A DNA stretch of 64,000 bases from Phoronis australis. Taxonomy: Eukaryota > Animalia > Phoronida. Of this stretch, positions 11,171 to 23,667 are shown piece after piece (positions within the stretch are counted from its first letter, which is position 1; every line of letters starts with the position of its first letter). Location of the stretch: positions 370,935 to 434,934 of the forward strand of contig NMRA01000363.1 of NCBI GenBank assembly GCA_002633005.1, given 5' to 3'. A model generated the notes under the pieces. The model was given only the letters and a program-made list of their open reading frames with translations, searched no databases and had not been told where the DNA came from. Position numbers and translations under genes: made by a program.

Positions 11171-14100
11171 TTTTGTTTGCAGGCACTAATTTCCCCTAGA
11201 ATCAGTTGAATATGTTCATAAAAAGCATGCACATTAACCAAATTGTGGGTCCTAACTATTAAAATTTAATTAATAACTTTTTGTAACACAATCCTATTTG
11301 CTTTTCATCAAATTCAGGTGAAATCAGCAGCCAATTCTCAATATATGCCAGCAGCAGACGAAATCAATGCTTGGGAACAACTAATAATATCTCCAATATC
11401 AGAGAAAGAAGCCACTTCCTGCCCAATTTTATTAAGGGTTTGTATAATGAATAAGCCAATAACTCCACCAGAATAACATGTTTTTCTAACAAATATTATT
11501 TTTGATACCTCAAATGAATATATTTTACAGAAAAATAATTGAGTTTGTGAAATTAATAATGAAAATTTAACTAAACCTTTTTTCTGAAAAACACACCAAT
11601 TTTTATGTTATATAATCTAAAATGTGATTAAAATTCCACATTTAGTATAAAAATCTTAAAAACAAATTATAGAAACAATCAACTCATTAGCCCTGACTGT
11701 AGATTGTAAGATGCTTTTGTGTAAATGCGTATCAGGTTACAAACAAAGTTTGCAGAACCTAAATGCGGTAAATTGGGGTTTGTGAATTAACAGCCATTTT
11801 GGCGGCCATTTTGTCAGCCATCTTGATTTTTTTCTCGCAAACCAGTGACCAATTGTAAGGTCCACATATTTTAACTTACAAAAGAATAAAACTTTTGCCA
11901 TTTTCAGGCCAAAATATAAAAAGAAATCTTGCAACATGTACCAAATTGCCCTTTCGGCCGCCATTTTGTCGGCATATTGGTTTTATTTTACGGAAAATTG
12001 GCATCTTTTGATTGGTATGCCTGTTATAAAAAGTATATAATCAATGACAAACTTTATTGTTTTATTTTTAGCTGTTTCATAAGAGTAATATCCCAGAAAA
12101 CAGTAATCATCGTTTTTTTTCGGCCATTTTTTCCGCCATCTTGAAAAACCGACTTCCGCCACTCCGATTTCGGTAGATTTTTTTCTGACACCAAGGAATG
12201 TTTGAAGATGCCATTTATGCAAAAAACCTGTTGCAATTTTTTCTAGGTTGGGCCCTCTGGAGCCCTAGAATGACTGGACTATATGTTAAAGAGGAAATGA
12301 CCTGCTTTCTGCCAAAAACAACTGTTGATTTAGGCCACTTAGTGTTACATAATCGGTCTTGTCTTGTTCCCTAAATATATTAGCAGGCTTATGAACAAGT
12401 AGGTTCTTCTGGCTGGATACTAGAGGCTATTCAAGGTGCTTGTCACTGCGGTCTAGTTTCAGTCACCAAGGTAGTATTGTTGCCAAAAAATTTCCAGGAG
12501 GTTTAATGTACATAACTTCAACTGAAACGAGAGACAGGGGCGAGACGACATTGCATCGCATACGCGCGTGAAGAAAGTTAACCTTTTCACAGCAGAATAG
12601 GGTTTGAAATGGACTTAAGGCACTAAACTACGCGATTTCGTACAAGAATTACGACTACAACTTTTAATCGGGCATAAAGAAGTGTAAATACAATGTATAG
12701 CGTAAATACACAAAACGTACTGATGGTGGCGTATAGTAGGTGACGAAATAACGGACTCGACATTATTTGGCGTATGTATCTCTTGTAAAAGTAATGTGTG
12801 CCAACTCTGGCGTGTTTATGCATACATTGTATAAATGTCTGTTTGCCACACACATCGTGGAGGATTAGTGAACTTTTTGAGCGACGTGTAGTTTTACTCG
12901 TTCTGAACACCACGCTGTTGCTGGTTTTATGTCAGTTATTAGCTGTAGCCCTCTGCAATTTGTTTTAATCTCTCTTCGTCATTCATTTGCATAAGTTCAC
13001 TTCTCATGCATTGTTTAATTTTCAACCTAAGCCTATCTGTACACGCAAATCCGGTACTGTCTGTGTATGTGTGCTTTGATTTTTATTTGACATGGCTTTT
13101 GGACAACAGGGTAGTTCGATTCAAGTACATCGTCAGGAAATGGCCACGACAGGAAATGGAATTTCAAGTGTTTCAAGCTGTTAGACAATAACGCTAATAA
13201 ATGAAAAGCATTGTCTAATGAAATCGCAAACATGTCGCTCTAGTAAAACGAATCATTAGAAATTAAACACAACGCATCATATTCCACGCAAAATGATGGA
13301 CCCTAAGGTAGAACAAGACAATTGGGTCTAGTTTTTCAAGGTAGCTCATAGCTAGGACCAACTGAATCCTAGCTCGTAACATGACCTCAAAAACTATGCA
13401 TTGAACAATCTAAGAACCCCCTGGAGAGTATTGCATTCGCGACATATTGTTGATTACAATCTCTCGTTTGCTTCCGTTCCTAGCCCATTCGAATTTCATC
13501 AATACGTGTCGAGCTCCGACATTCTGAGAATTTGTTGTGACCGCCTTCATAATTAATTACAAGTTACCTAAAATATGAGTTCCCGATTGTGATAGCCCGC
13601 AGACTGGCTGGGAACTTTAAGTCCTTATCTCAAAGGTCAATCTTGTTCAAAAATATATACCAAATTAAGTAATATGTAACATGGCATAATGTTCACATCC
13701 TTTCTGTTATCAAACTGAAAGCCTTTTTGCGGGGTCGGAAAATCGTCAATTATTTCTGTCTATTTCCGTGACCAGAGTTCCTATGCAACGATTCTTGAAT
13801 GACGGTCATGTTGTCCTTGAAAACTTATTGACATCACGATGAGCGTAACTGCGTTGTTACTTTGTTTGGTTGTTTTTGATTCTGATTCTAGTTCTTTTTA
13901 TACAATTTTCGAAGCCTTAGTGAATCACTCAGAAATTTTCTTTTTGTCAAACATTAAAATAAAGGCGATTTCCAAAGCAATCGCCCGGTTAATGACAACG
14001 CGAAAATTAAATTTGGTCTTTTGGCAACTTAAGACTATTTTAAACACAACAAGTTCTGCTACAAACTGGTTGCACAAAATATAATGCGTGTAATAAGCGT

Positions 14101-16830
14101 TGCAGAAAGAAGCAGGTTCGCGCGCAAACTCTGTAGGCCTATGTCTCTTAGCATGATACTGCCAATGGAAGCGTGGTGGCGCAGTTGTAGAGCACGCGCG
14201 CTTTGGTACACAACTCGTGAGTTCGAGTCCGTGGCGCTTACAAATTGTCCAGTTTCAAACATGTTCTGTTTTTTTTTCTCACTTCAGAAATCAAGGAAAA
14301 TACTTGTTTTTAGAGGCAAAAACAAAATTTTCTCCTGGGCGGGATGGGAGAAACACCACTCCAGACCTCCCCCTAGGCCAGATCGGGCTCCGTCGGTAGT
14401 AGCTGATACGTGTACACTGTACGAATGGTTCAGGTCGAACGTAATTCTTCCTTTTACTTTGAACTCGTTAATAGTTATATTGTACCTTTTTGGCACTACA
14501 CCAAGTTTTCTCTCTGAAGTTATTTCGCCATCATTTGCTATTCCGTCGTTCATTGTTGGCCGTCAGCCGACTGACGAAGTCGCCAGAGACCCTGTGCCGA
14601 TATCTCAAGACCTTTCAAACTAACGTCGACGCGCGTCGAATGTTTTCGGGAGATAAAGAGGTCAGTACGAACGCTTAATTTCGGTCCTAGATCGAATTTA
14701 GCAGCGCCAGCCAACTTCACATAAAACAGGCAAATCTATAAGGGCGGAGGATTTTTATGAAATTTTCGCCTACGGATTTGGTAAAAATTAAATTTTAGGT
14801 ACAGATGGCTTCGGTACAACACGTTCTAACCATATATTAAGGGCTAAATCGTGTGCTACTTGGTCTTTACTCCGTAGCAGGCTAACTTTATGTATATACA
14901 TGTAGCTTAGACCGATTCCAGTTTTAATTTCATGAAACGGGGCTGAGACATTTTAGTCTTTAGTTAAGACAGAAAAAGTGCCATGAAACGGTGCCTGCTG
15001 CCTGTCAAAACAAACCTTGTTTTGTGGCATCGCGATTGCACTCGTGTGTTCGTGTGGTGGAAACGTAATCAAAGCCGATTTTTATATTGCGCTTTAAATA
15101 CTGACTCCTCTTAAAACAAGTAAATGGCCAAAACACCGCCTAATAATAAACCCATTCTACCAGTTCGTAAATATTGCGGCGTTCCCCAGATCTTGGCTTC
15201 GATAATTAACCCATGCCGGGGTCATTGTATTGAGGACACATTCGAGGAACTTTGAGTAGACTGTGTACCATTTGACTGGCCTTTCAATTTGAAACTTACC
15301 GGGTTAATGCTGAAATTATTAGCATTTTAAAATGCATTCCAAAATGAAGGTACAAGTATTTCACAGAAAAAAGCAGGTGTTTGTGATAATATTCCATATT
15401 TTGGGAATTGCATAAGAGCAACTCTTTGGCAATGTAGTCGATGTTCTTGAAAAAATTTAAATGGCTCTCCCATTCACGTACACGGGAGACCCAAGTTTAT
15501 TTACCCTATCTCATTACATATCCAAGATGGTGGATGAAACCGTCGTCTCGTTTTATTGGAAAACCGGTAGAAGACGCGCTTCGACAAAATGCTTTTGCAT
15601 TCGGGACACCTCTGGTATTTTCGTATCCGAAAACTTAGGGTATTTCGTAGCCTCAACTTTCTCTCGGGCAGTGAACGTTATCTTCAAATCATTCTGCTAT
15701 TTTAAGGACGCATAACTTGACGCATGAGCCACGTGAGATAAAGTTACCGAAATAGGCATGTCACGATGTTCTATAGAAGATCCTTGCGTGTCTGCTCTGA
15801 TCCAGAATTGCTTGTGGTTTGACACACTGTGCTGCATAGCGATAACTGGCGTCAAACACAACGGACGTTGAATATTTTCATTTTCGTCTCGTCAGTTTAT
15901 TATATGCCAAACAGGCTCTTTCATGTTATCGGACATTAGAACGACCCTTTTAGCTATTGTCCCTCGCACAACAATTCCTTCAAATCCAATTCGGGAATAT
16001 CTTCCTCGCTACGCCCTGCTGGGAATACAGACGTTAGTTATACCACCCATATAAAAGACGTGTAGTTAAAAATATTATTTATTTATTGAAACGGTCAAAC
16101 TCTGCAACTGATTCTAACCTCTTTAAAACATTGGATATAAATGTCCACCTCTAATTATTTTTCAAGTATTTGAAAACATCGTGTTGCTTACTATCTGAAA
16201 ATCAATTTACTTATCCATTCAAGCGTCACTATTTTCGGATTTCGATTAGATATAAGCGGTGAAACAAGGCAACGTAAACGTTGTAAATGTTGCTCTTTGT
16301 TTATGATTTTTCAGCTAGCATGTCTTTTGCAACATGTCATTATATTGCAGAACGTTCAATATCAGCAAAGATGTCTATTCTTCTATCAAGCAATGTAATT
16401 TGCCTCCCGAATCATTTTTTTTAATATTGAAAGAGCAATAAATCTATGACTTCTGTCAAAACTAAATCTTTATGCTTTTTACTGATATGGTCTCACTTCG
16501 TTCTATATTCATATTAGAAACTATCTTCAGGCTTGAGCAGTCGTAATGTGCTTCAAACTAGACCAAGTGTTTGTCAAGGCGCGTTAAATTTAGTACCCAC
16601 GGAAGTTTGGCCTTCAGGCTATTTATTGTAACCCGGAAAAAATAAAAACGCTTAGACGTTACGTTGTAAGTACCATTACGCCCATTAAGAAAGTTTACAT
16701 TACTAACCCCTGGGCACGGGCTTTAATCTTCATTCTGGAAATGGATATGGAAATCATTTTCATTACAATCTGTGGGAACTCCAACTAACTGTTTTTTAGT
16801 GTGCGCTCGAGTGCTTAAGTTTATTGGGTA

Positions 16831-16888
16831 ATAGTTTCTTACAGGGGTCTCGTTAGTTGATAGTTTCTTACAGGGGTCTCGTTAGTTG
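16831..16888. repeat. Perfect 2x29-bp tandem duplication
   Basis: atagtttcttacaggggtctcgttagttg occurs twice, within the likely 3' UTR of tail exon C. Confidence 0.9.
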
Positions 16889-17152
16889 AGAGTCTAATTT
16901 TCTCAACTGAAAACGGCCATTAAACTGTTTTTCAGAATCCATGACCCCTGGAAATGGCTGTGTTTACGTATAGCAATCTACTTCTAGCTTGTACTTGATG
17001 ACCCTAACATTATAGGTACAGGACAGGTTCGGTTTAACAGTAGAGCAAAATTGTCTACATTTTCTTAGAAATAGAAAAATATCAAATAGAAAAAAAGAAA
17101 CCTTGACATATGAATCTAGTTAAACTATCGGTCAAGAATTTGCTGCTATCGT

Positions 17153-17687
17153 TCAATCAATTCCTTGCGCCTGTTTTGTCTTGTCACCTACGCTAAAGGG
17201 GTTCTTTTGCGCTTCTGTTAAGAAACCAATGGCACCATTGATCGCGCTCATAGCGAAGAGCATTCGCTGTTTGGCATCTTCGCTTTGGAGGTCACTGATA
17301 GGTTCCACGTCAAGTAGGGGCATTTCGTCCATGTCAGAGTCGCTGTTGTCCAATTCGCCGTCTGTATCCAGCTCATTTCTCTTTTCGAAGTGACCTAGTG
17401 TGGTCCTTAGCACGCTTATTACGTATAGCAACTCCGCTTCTTCTGTGCTTGCTAGAGGAGGTTTCAACAACACTCCGCCCCTTGATTTGGGCAACAACGG
17501 CAGGAGACCCACCGGGTCTTCCATATCAGAGCAACTGTCTTGCTGCTCCAACTGAGGCTCGAAGTAAGCGTCTGCGTCTTCAAAATTGTCGAACGGCATC
17601 CCATCTTCCTTGCCATCATATTCGTCCTCTAGTATTGCGCATTCTTCTCCGGTTTCTGGCAGAATCAACGACTTTCTCTTTCTGTGC
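17153..17687 (-). CDS. EGF/sushi receptor: alternative terminal exon C (cytoplasmic tail, 177 aa)
   Basis: Acceptor tgttcttttag|G at 17687 (phase 2). Begins with a basic stop-transfer (R)HRKRKS, is acidic, and is paralogous to exon B. A minus-strand AATAAA lies at 16820-16825. Confidence 0.75.
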
Positions 17688-17955
17688 CTAAAAGAACAAG
17701 AGTGAACAACTCCTTTAACTTTAATTTCCCTCATCAAAACAATTCAAACCAACAAAGCCTGCAACCCTTCTGTTTTCACCTCACGTCATATACACCATAC
17801 TTATTAATATAACCACGAGAACGATGCCTGTACGTCTGCGTCGACAATTTGGCGAACAGAAATTCTACCTTAGGCTTTCCTCGTCATAAGCTTACCAAAC
17901 AATGCAAGTTACTGTTACGGGGTAAACAACAAAGGCACTGGTTGAAAACACGAAC

Positions 17956-18076
17956 CTCAAAAACATAAAGAGCAACAGCAAGAGCAACAGAAGGAGAAGC
18001 AGCAACAGCAGCAGCCAGTACAGAGAAGTCTTCTTGTCAGCCTCACCATCGGACTGTTTCAGCAATGTCGCCTCGT
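17956..18076 (-). CDS. EGF/sushi receptor: second (alternative) transmembrane exon TM2
   Basis: gtatttgcag|AC...TTG AG|gttcg; 121 nt, phase 1 to phase 2. Encodes (D)EATLLKQSDGEADKKTSLYW-L15-FMFL(R). Not in the ORF track. Confidence 0.75.
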
Positions 18077-19770
18077 CTGCAAATACAACGTGACCTCAGA
18101 TGCTGACTTGATGGAAACTACGTTCAGGCAGGTGAGTCGGAGCCAGTGTTTCAACTCCGATGGGACCTCAAACTAAATTAGATAAGATAAGGAATAATAT
18201 CCGGATTTTCAGGAATCTGAATGACATAGGTTATTGGGTTTATCATTTACGCAACAGGACAACGGTCGGTGCACAAACTGAAACGCCGTTTGTCTTAGAA
18301 ACAAGGAAACGTAATATACTACAGTAGCTCTAATTCGGAGGATTTTCTCATTATGAGGAATGACCTTCGCGAATCCCTGACTACCCTTCCTTCGTCGAAG
18401 ATTGCATCAAATCAAATCAATTTTCATTACATGGCCCTTGCGAAATTGGCACTAAAATTTTCATTAGTCAAATTAATTGAGACGATATGGGGGTTTGAAA
18501 GAACTTACATTTTGTTATTACTTGAATGCAGGCACTACAAGTTGGTTTGTCATGGCGCGACATTTTATGCGTCGAACTTGGTCTTAAGAATAACGAACAA
18601 TCAATTCTTTGCAATACCAGACATTATTTCTCATCTAAGTTAGGGACAAGTGGAGACCGATTTTAAAGCACCAAGCGAGTAGTGTAAATCAAAACTTTGT
18701 TTCAAGAACGGAACACGCTTGTTTATAGGCGCTGTAACAAAGGATGGCCTTTTCAACGAAGACACTCAACAGCATCGTTGTGTGGTGCTTTAAATACCAC
18801 GTTGTTGCCGCTCTATGCGTACACTGCACTGGTATTGGTGTGCATAAATGTGCAGCACTGACGCAAACCTTACTGTGACTATCTCACAGGCTTTACATAT
18901 GTCTCAGTAGCTCATGGGATAATTGAATCACACAAGATGTTGTTAGACTCCGATTGAACGACTAAATATAGAATATCAACAAAACAATAAACTTTCGTTC
19001 ACTTATTCTCTGTAGCATGTTAAACGCGAAACTGAACAAAAACTGGTTAGTCAACTCGGCAAGTTTCGAAATAAGTGTCCAAAGAAAACAGGCAACATTT
19101 TTATAGGAAACCGACTACACACTTTGGAGGCCCAGAAATGCAATCTCAGGCTTATACAAGGCAGGAAGTTGGACAATGATGTCATGAAGAAGGAAACCTA
19201 TCGATACTACTTATCTACTTAACGTTATACTGAAGGTTGCAAGTATGCTACATGCGTTGAGGTTACACGTAAAACTGGGGATCATAACTTCAAGCGCATT
19301 TTGTAGTTGCTGAACAAACTATAAATAACGTAATGCCTTTGTTGTCAAAACAACCCAGAATGCAGAGTATTCAGGCAATGCTTCTTGCCTAATTACAAGC
19401 GATATTCATCCGCTTTGTTTGTCGTACTGATTTTTTGGCATATATTTACAGCAACGTGGTAGTCAGGTGTTTGATAGCTGGCGCAAGAAATGATCGTTAG
19501 GACATTTTCAGTTGCCAAAAGTTGTAAAAATTTGCAAAAAGTTGAAATACTTAGAAAAGCCATGCTGACACAAAGTCGACATGCTTAGCGAGAGTACTGA
19601 GAACACAATCTTCACAGCGATCATCACCAATAACAGATGCTTAAGATGTTAAGTGAGGAAGAATTTTGAGGTTATTTAAGTTGTGATCACCCGCGGGGGG
19701 TCATCTGATGAAACTTTTTCAGCCCTTACTTAGACCGATATAAAGCTAACTGAATACCAAAATTTCTTAA

Positions 19771-20841
19771 CCCCACTTCATGAAAATTCTGAAAACCAAA
19801 ATTAAGACCGAAATCGGCCTAAGCTAAGATCGAAAGTTGGTCTGCAACTGAAAAGCCCTAAGATTGGACTTTTGGTCTAAATGATCAAAAGTTAGGACTG
19901 CTATCACCATAAACTGCTGAGGAACAAATTTTGTTATTATTTTCACAATCAAGTGACCCAAAAAAATTTCAAATTGAATATCATTTGCTTTCCATTCGAG
20001 AATTGGTAATGACCGTAGCGACATTGCAGCGCCACGTACGGGCACATGTGAAATGATATTTTCCGGTCATACAAGGTTGTTTATAAGCAAACAAGATCCC
20101 TATTTTAGCCAAAATGAAAATGAAAATAAATCACCATCTAGAGTTTCAAGACCATGAGGATTCTGGAAACCGTATTCCAGACACCGCCATGCTTAGTTTT
20201 GTGAATTCGCAACAGGTAGCGAAAGCGTAGTCCTTATGCTGACGTATGTCAAAACACGAGCTAATATTTCTGTCTAAGTTAAAGCCGTACACCAAAATCC
20301 GACTTTGAGTTCATGAAACATTTTTTTCCGAATTTCTGTCTTCGATCCTAACTTAAGCCCAAATTACGTTCTTAACTTAGACAATTTTTTGGTCTTATAG
20401 TCTATCTTGAACGGTAACACCAGTAAAATTGGCCAATACAGTACGTTAAGGGCATTGCTCTGAGCACAGTAGTGCCATAAATTGTCAAATGCAATGAACT
20501 GTTAGGCGTATTGGCTTGCTGTTGTCTACGTTACCGCGAGAATCAACTTATAATTCAAACACCTGCAAGTATCACCAGCACGCAATGGAGTTCTAGTCAG
20601 GCCACTATTCAGTACAAATGTTTTCGGCCTTTTGTTGTTTGTGCTGAGATTTCGCGGTGACGCAACACGGCAAAAAGCAACTTCACCTATCATTTGACGG
20701 GCCTACATTTGACTAATTAACCTTGCGTTTTCTTATTTAGCCAAGACTTTGTTAGAACTACCTGGTTAGCCAATAGATCTAAAATAACAATATTCGGATG
20801 AAGTTAGGCTTTAAGTCTTAAGTCAGTTTTCATGAAAGGGG
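19771..20841. mobile_element. Non-autonomous DNA transposon (PIF/Harbinger-type MITE-like)
   Basis: Inverted ends ccccacttcatgaaaa / ttttcatgaaagggg. Related sequence at about 14900-14945 and from 62981 onward. Confidence 0.45.
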
Positions 20842-21422
20842 TACCACAAAGGCAGGTGAATTGCCCAACACTTATAATGCTAGATTCTAAGCAGTGGTAT
20901 TGTTGGATTATTTTCTAAAAAAGGGACGCACGAGGTTATCGGTTTTTTTTTTCGTTTTTTTGTCTTATTATCACTGTAAAGAGAACAAATAATGTTCACT
21001 TTGTCTGACCGAGGTAATACATACAAATACAATTGAAAGATCATGTTCTACTAAATAAGACCACATAGGAACAATGTCACACTCAAAGGGCTTTTAGTTA
21101 GCGCATACTCATGCACATGTACTGTATGACAAAGAAGCTCTTAGCCACATCATACTCGGATACTTTATTATAAAGACTGGCGCCTACAATCCTGAAAGTT
21201 GACATGAAATATCGCAACCTTAAAACACTTGTCATGAAGCCAACTACGTGTGCATTGCTACGGCACTTTAACCTGCCGTGGACTAAAGTAGAAACACTGG
21301 ACAATTTCACTCTATCATGTACAAAAGTATAACTTTGAAAAAAACAGCCAGTACGTTACCCAGAAGTGACCTTCGTTACACTCTCTCGAAATAATGAAGA
21401 TTCATTAGTTTTTAAAAAGCCT

Positions 21423-21927
21423 CTATTCACAAGCAAAACTGATATCACCGCTGAAAGGATTGTCTTTTGCTTCTCTCAGACATTCAACAGCTCCGTTGAT
21501 GGCGTTCATTGCAAACACTATTCGCTGTCTTGCCTGATCACTCCGAGCATCTGAAACGGGACCAACCTCAACCAGCGCCGGTTCTTCAAAATCTGAGCCG
21601 TCCTCACTGTCCGTATCCAATTGCTGTCTCATCTCAAAGTGACGGAGAGTACTCTTGAGCACGTCTATCACGTACGACACATTCGTCTGATTCACGTCTG
21701 CCATCGTCGGCCTCAAAACGAGGCCTCGAGTAGAGCTATGCAACTGTGTTAAAAGGTGCGGCGGTTGTTCAGTCTCGATCGCGTCATATTGTTGTTCGCC
21801 CCATGCTTCAATGTATGGCACTTTCACTTGCGCATTCGGTTCCAGCGTTAGTATTTCCTCATCTAATCCATCGACTTTGCTCATTTCAGACTCCTTCACG
21901 ACGACTAAACGATTGCGTTTTTTGCAC
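21423..21927 (-). CDS. EGF/sushi receptor: alternative terminal exon B (cytoplasmic tail, 167 aa)
   Basis: Acceptor ttttgtttcatgtag|G at 21927 (phase 2). Begins (R)CKKRNR and is paralogous to exon C. A minus-strand AATAAA lies at 21164-21169. Confidence 0.75.
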
Positions 21928-22140
21928 CTACATGAAACAAAACAGTTACCAGAAGTGTTAACACTTGAAGTGTGCGTCAAATTTTGCAGTGAGAAAATAC
22001 ATGCTCGTGTGACAAAAGATTGTTTCGAAATGTTAACAAGACATTACTAGTTCATAAATAGATCTCATTATTTTTGCCACTATTTCACAACCGGCTCAGG
22101 ATAAAAAATTTCACATGACATTATCTGTTCTATTCATTAA

Positions 22141-23667
22141 AGGCGAAGGCAACCTTTTTCCATGTCATTTTGAGCTAAAATAAGGTTGGTAGGTTATCCT
22201 AGACATATTTTCCACTTAATTACAGCTTTTCGTAATTTTATAAATTACTCGTCCGCTACTCCAGAAGTGACGTTTTAGGAGGCAAGCGTTTCCCGCCACT
22301 TGGTTTTGCGTTGACTTTACCGTGCGAATCTGTTCTATTCTACTTTTGTTTTGTGCTGTTTTTCAACAATTGTCGCCGCCACTTTCCATCGGCGAGTATT
22401 CTGCGGCAAGATAGGTTAGTAGAGAACTCAACTACGTTNNNNNNNNNNNNNNNNNNNNNNNNNNNNNNNNNNNNNNNNNNNNNNNNNNNNNNNNNNNNNN
22501 NNNNNNNNNNNNNNNNNNNNNNNNNNNNNNNNNNNNNNNNNNNNNNNNNNNNNNNNNNNNNNNNNNNNNNNNNNNNNNNNNNNNNNNNNNNNNNNNNNNN
22601 NNNNNNNNNNNNNNNNNNNNNNNNNNNNNNNNNNNNNNNNNNNNNNNNNNNNNNNNNNNNNNNNNNNNNNNNNNNNNNNNNNNNNNNNNNNNNNNNNNNN
22701 NNNNNNNNNNNNNNNNNNNNNNNNNNNNNNNNNNNNNNNNNNNNNNNNNNNNNNNNNNNNNNNNNNNNNNNNNNNNNNNNNNNNNNNNNNNNNNNNNNNN
22801 NNNNNNNNNNNNNNNNNNNNNNNNNNNNNNNNNNNNNNNNNNNNNNNNNNNNNNNNNNNNNNNNNNNNNNNNNNNNNNNNNNNNNNNNNNNNNNNNNNNN
22901 NNNNNNNNNNNNNNNNNNNNNNNNNNNNNNNNNNNNNNNNNNNNNNNNNNNNNNNNNNNNNNNNNNNNNNNNNNNNNNNNNNNNNNNNNNNNNNNNNNNN
23001 NNNNNNNNNNNNNNNNNNNNNNNNNNNNNNNNNNNNNNNNNNNNNNNNNNNNNNNNNNNNNNNNNNNNNNNNNNNNNNNNNNNNNNNNNNNNNNNNNNNN
23101 NNNNNNNNNNNNNNNNNNNNNNNNNNNNNNNNNNNNNNNNNNNNNNNNNNNNNNNNNNNNNNNNNNNNNNNNNNNNNNNNNNNNNNNNNNNNNNNNNNNN
23201 NNNNNNNNNNNNNNNNNNNNNNNNNNNNNNNNNNNNNNNNNNNNNNNNNNNNNNNNNNNNNNNNNNNNAACGCTGCGTTCTTCACACGAACGAGCCAAGT
23301 ACGGCGAAGTGTGTCATCCATCGGAAAGCGATGCAAAGGTACTCCCAAAGCGCGCGTGAGCCGATAATTAGTACATCCTGGTACGCAGCAACAGTGTGGC
23401 ATGTTGACTGACTAGTAAATGAAAGCAAACGACGACGGAACTTAACACAACCGAGGTAGAACAATGACTGACTCGGCAGCTCTCACAGTCAGACAATATG
23501 AAAAGAAATTGGCGCGAAATGCTTGCCTTCTAAAACGTCACTCCCAGAGTAGCGGACGCGTAATTAATAAAATTACGAAAAGCTGTAATTAAGTGGAAAA
23601 TATGTCTAGGATAACCAACCAACCTTATTTTAGCTCTAAATGACATGGAAAAAGGTTGCCTTCGCCT
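22141..23667 (-). mobile_element. Kolobok-type DNA transposon with a THAP-domain ORF start; interior lies in the assembly gap
   Basis: TTAA on both sides (22137-22140, 23668-23671). TIRs of about 160 bp start AGGCGAAGGCAACCTTTTTCCATGTCA. THAP N-terminus MPHCCCVPGCTN..LHRFP..RRTWL starts at 23402(-). Confidence 0.85.
22439..23268. other. Assembly gap (N run)
   Basis: Run of n characters. Confidence 0.99.

Larger units (their letters stand above)
7651..12281 (-). mobile_element. 4.6-kb TIR DNA element with a decayed ORF (RLGxFH transposase-like region + PIN/XPG-like nuclease + Tesmin/TSO1-like CXC domain)
   Basis: Perfect 16-bp terminal inverted repeats TAGTCCAGTCATTCTA (7651-7666, 12266-12281) extend as an imperfect IR of about 150 bp (7741-7803 vs 12121-12183). 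The terminal TA may be a target duplication. ORF pieces on the - strand are frameshifted. Confidence 0.85.

Noticed and set aside
12623-12913. Hydrophobic minus-strand ORF as a further TM exon
   Set aside because: I found no convincing phase 1/phase 2 splice pair and no downstream tail exon.
14084-15715. ORFs 14084-14623(+), 14284-14553(-) and 15461-15715(+) as genes or a fourth tail exon
   Set aside because: No recognisable motifs, no basic juxtamembrane start, and weak acceptors.
16831-16888. 29-bp direct repeat as CRISPR-like
   Set aside because: Two abutting copies with no spacer, in a eukaryotic context.
22311-23411. Long ORFs of 288-366 aa
   Set aside because: Artefacts of translating through the N gap; only the THAP start is real.
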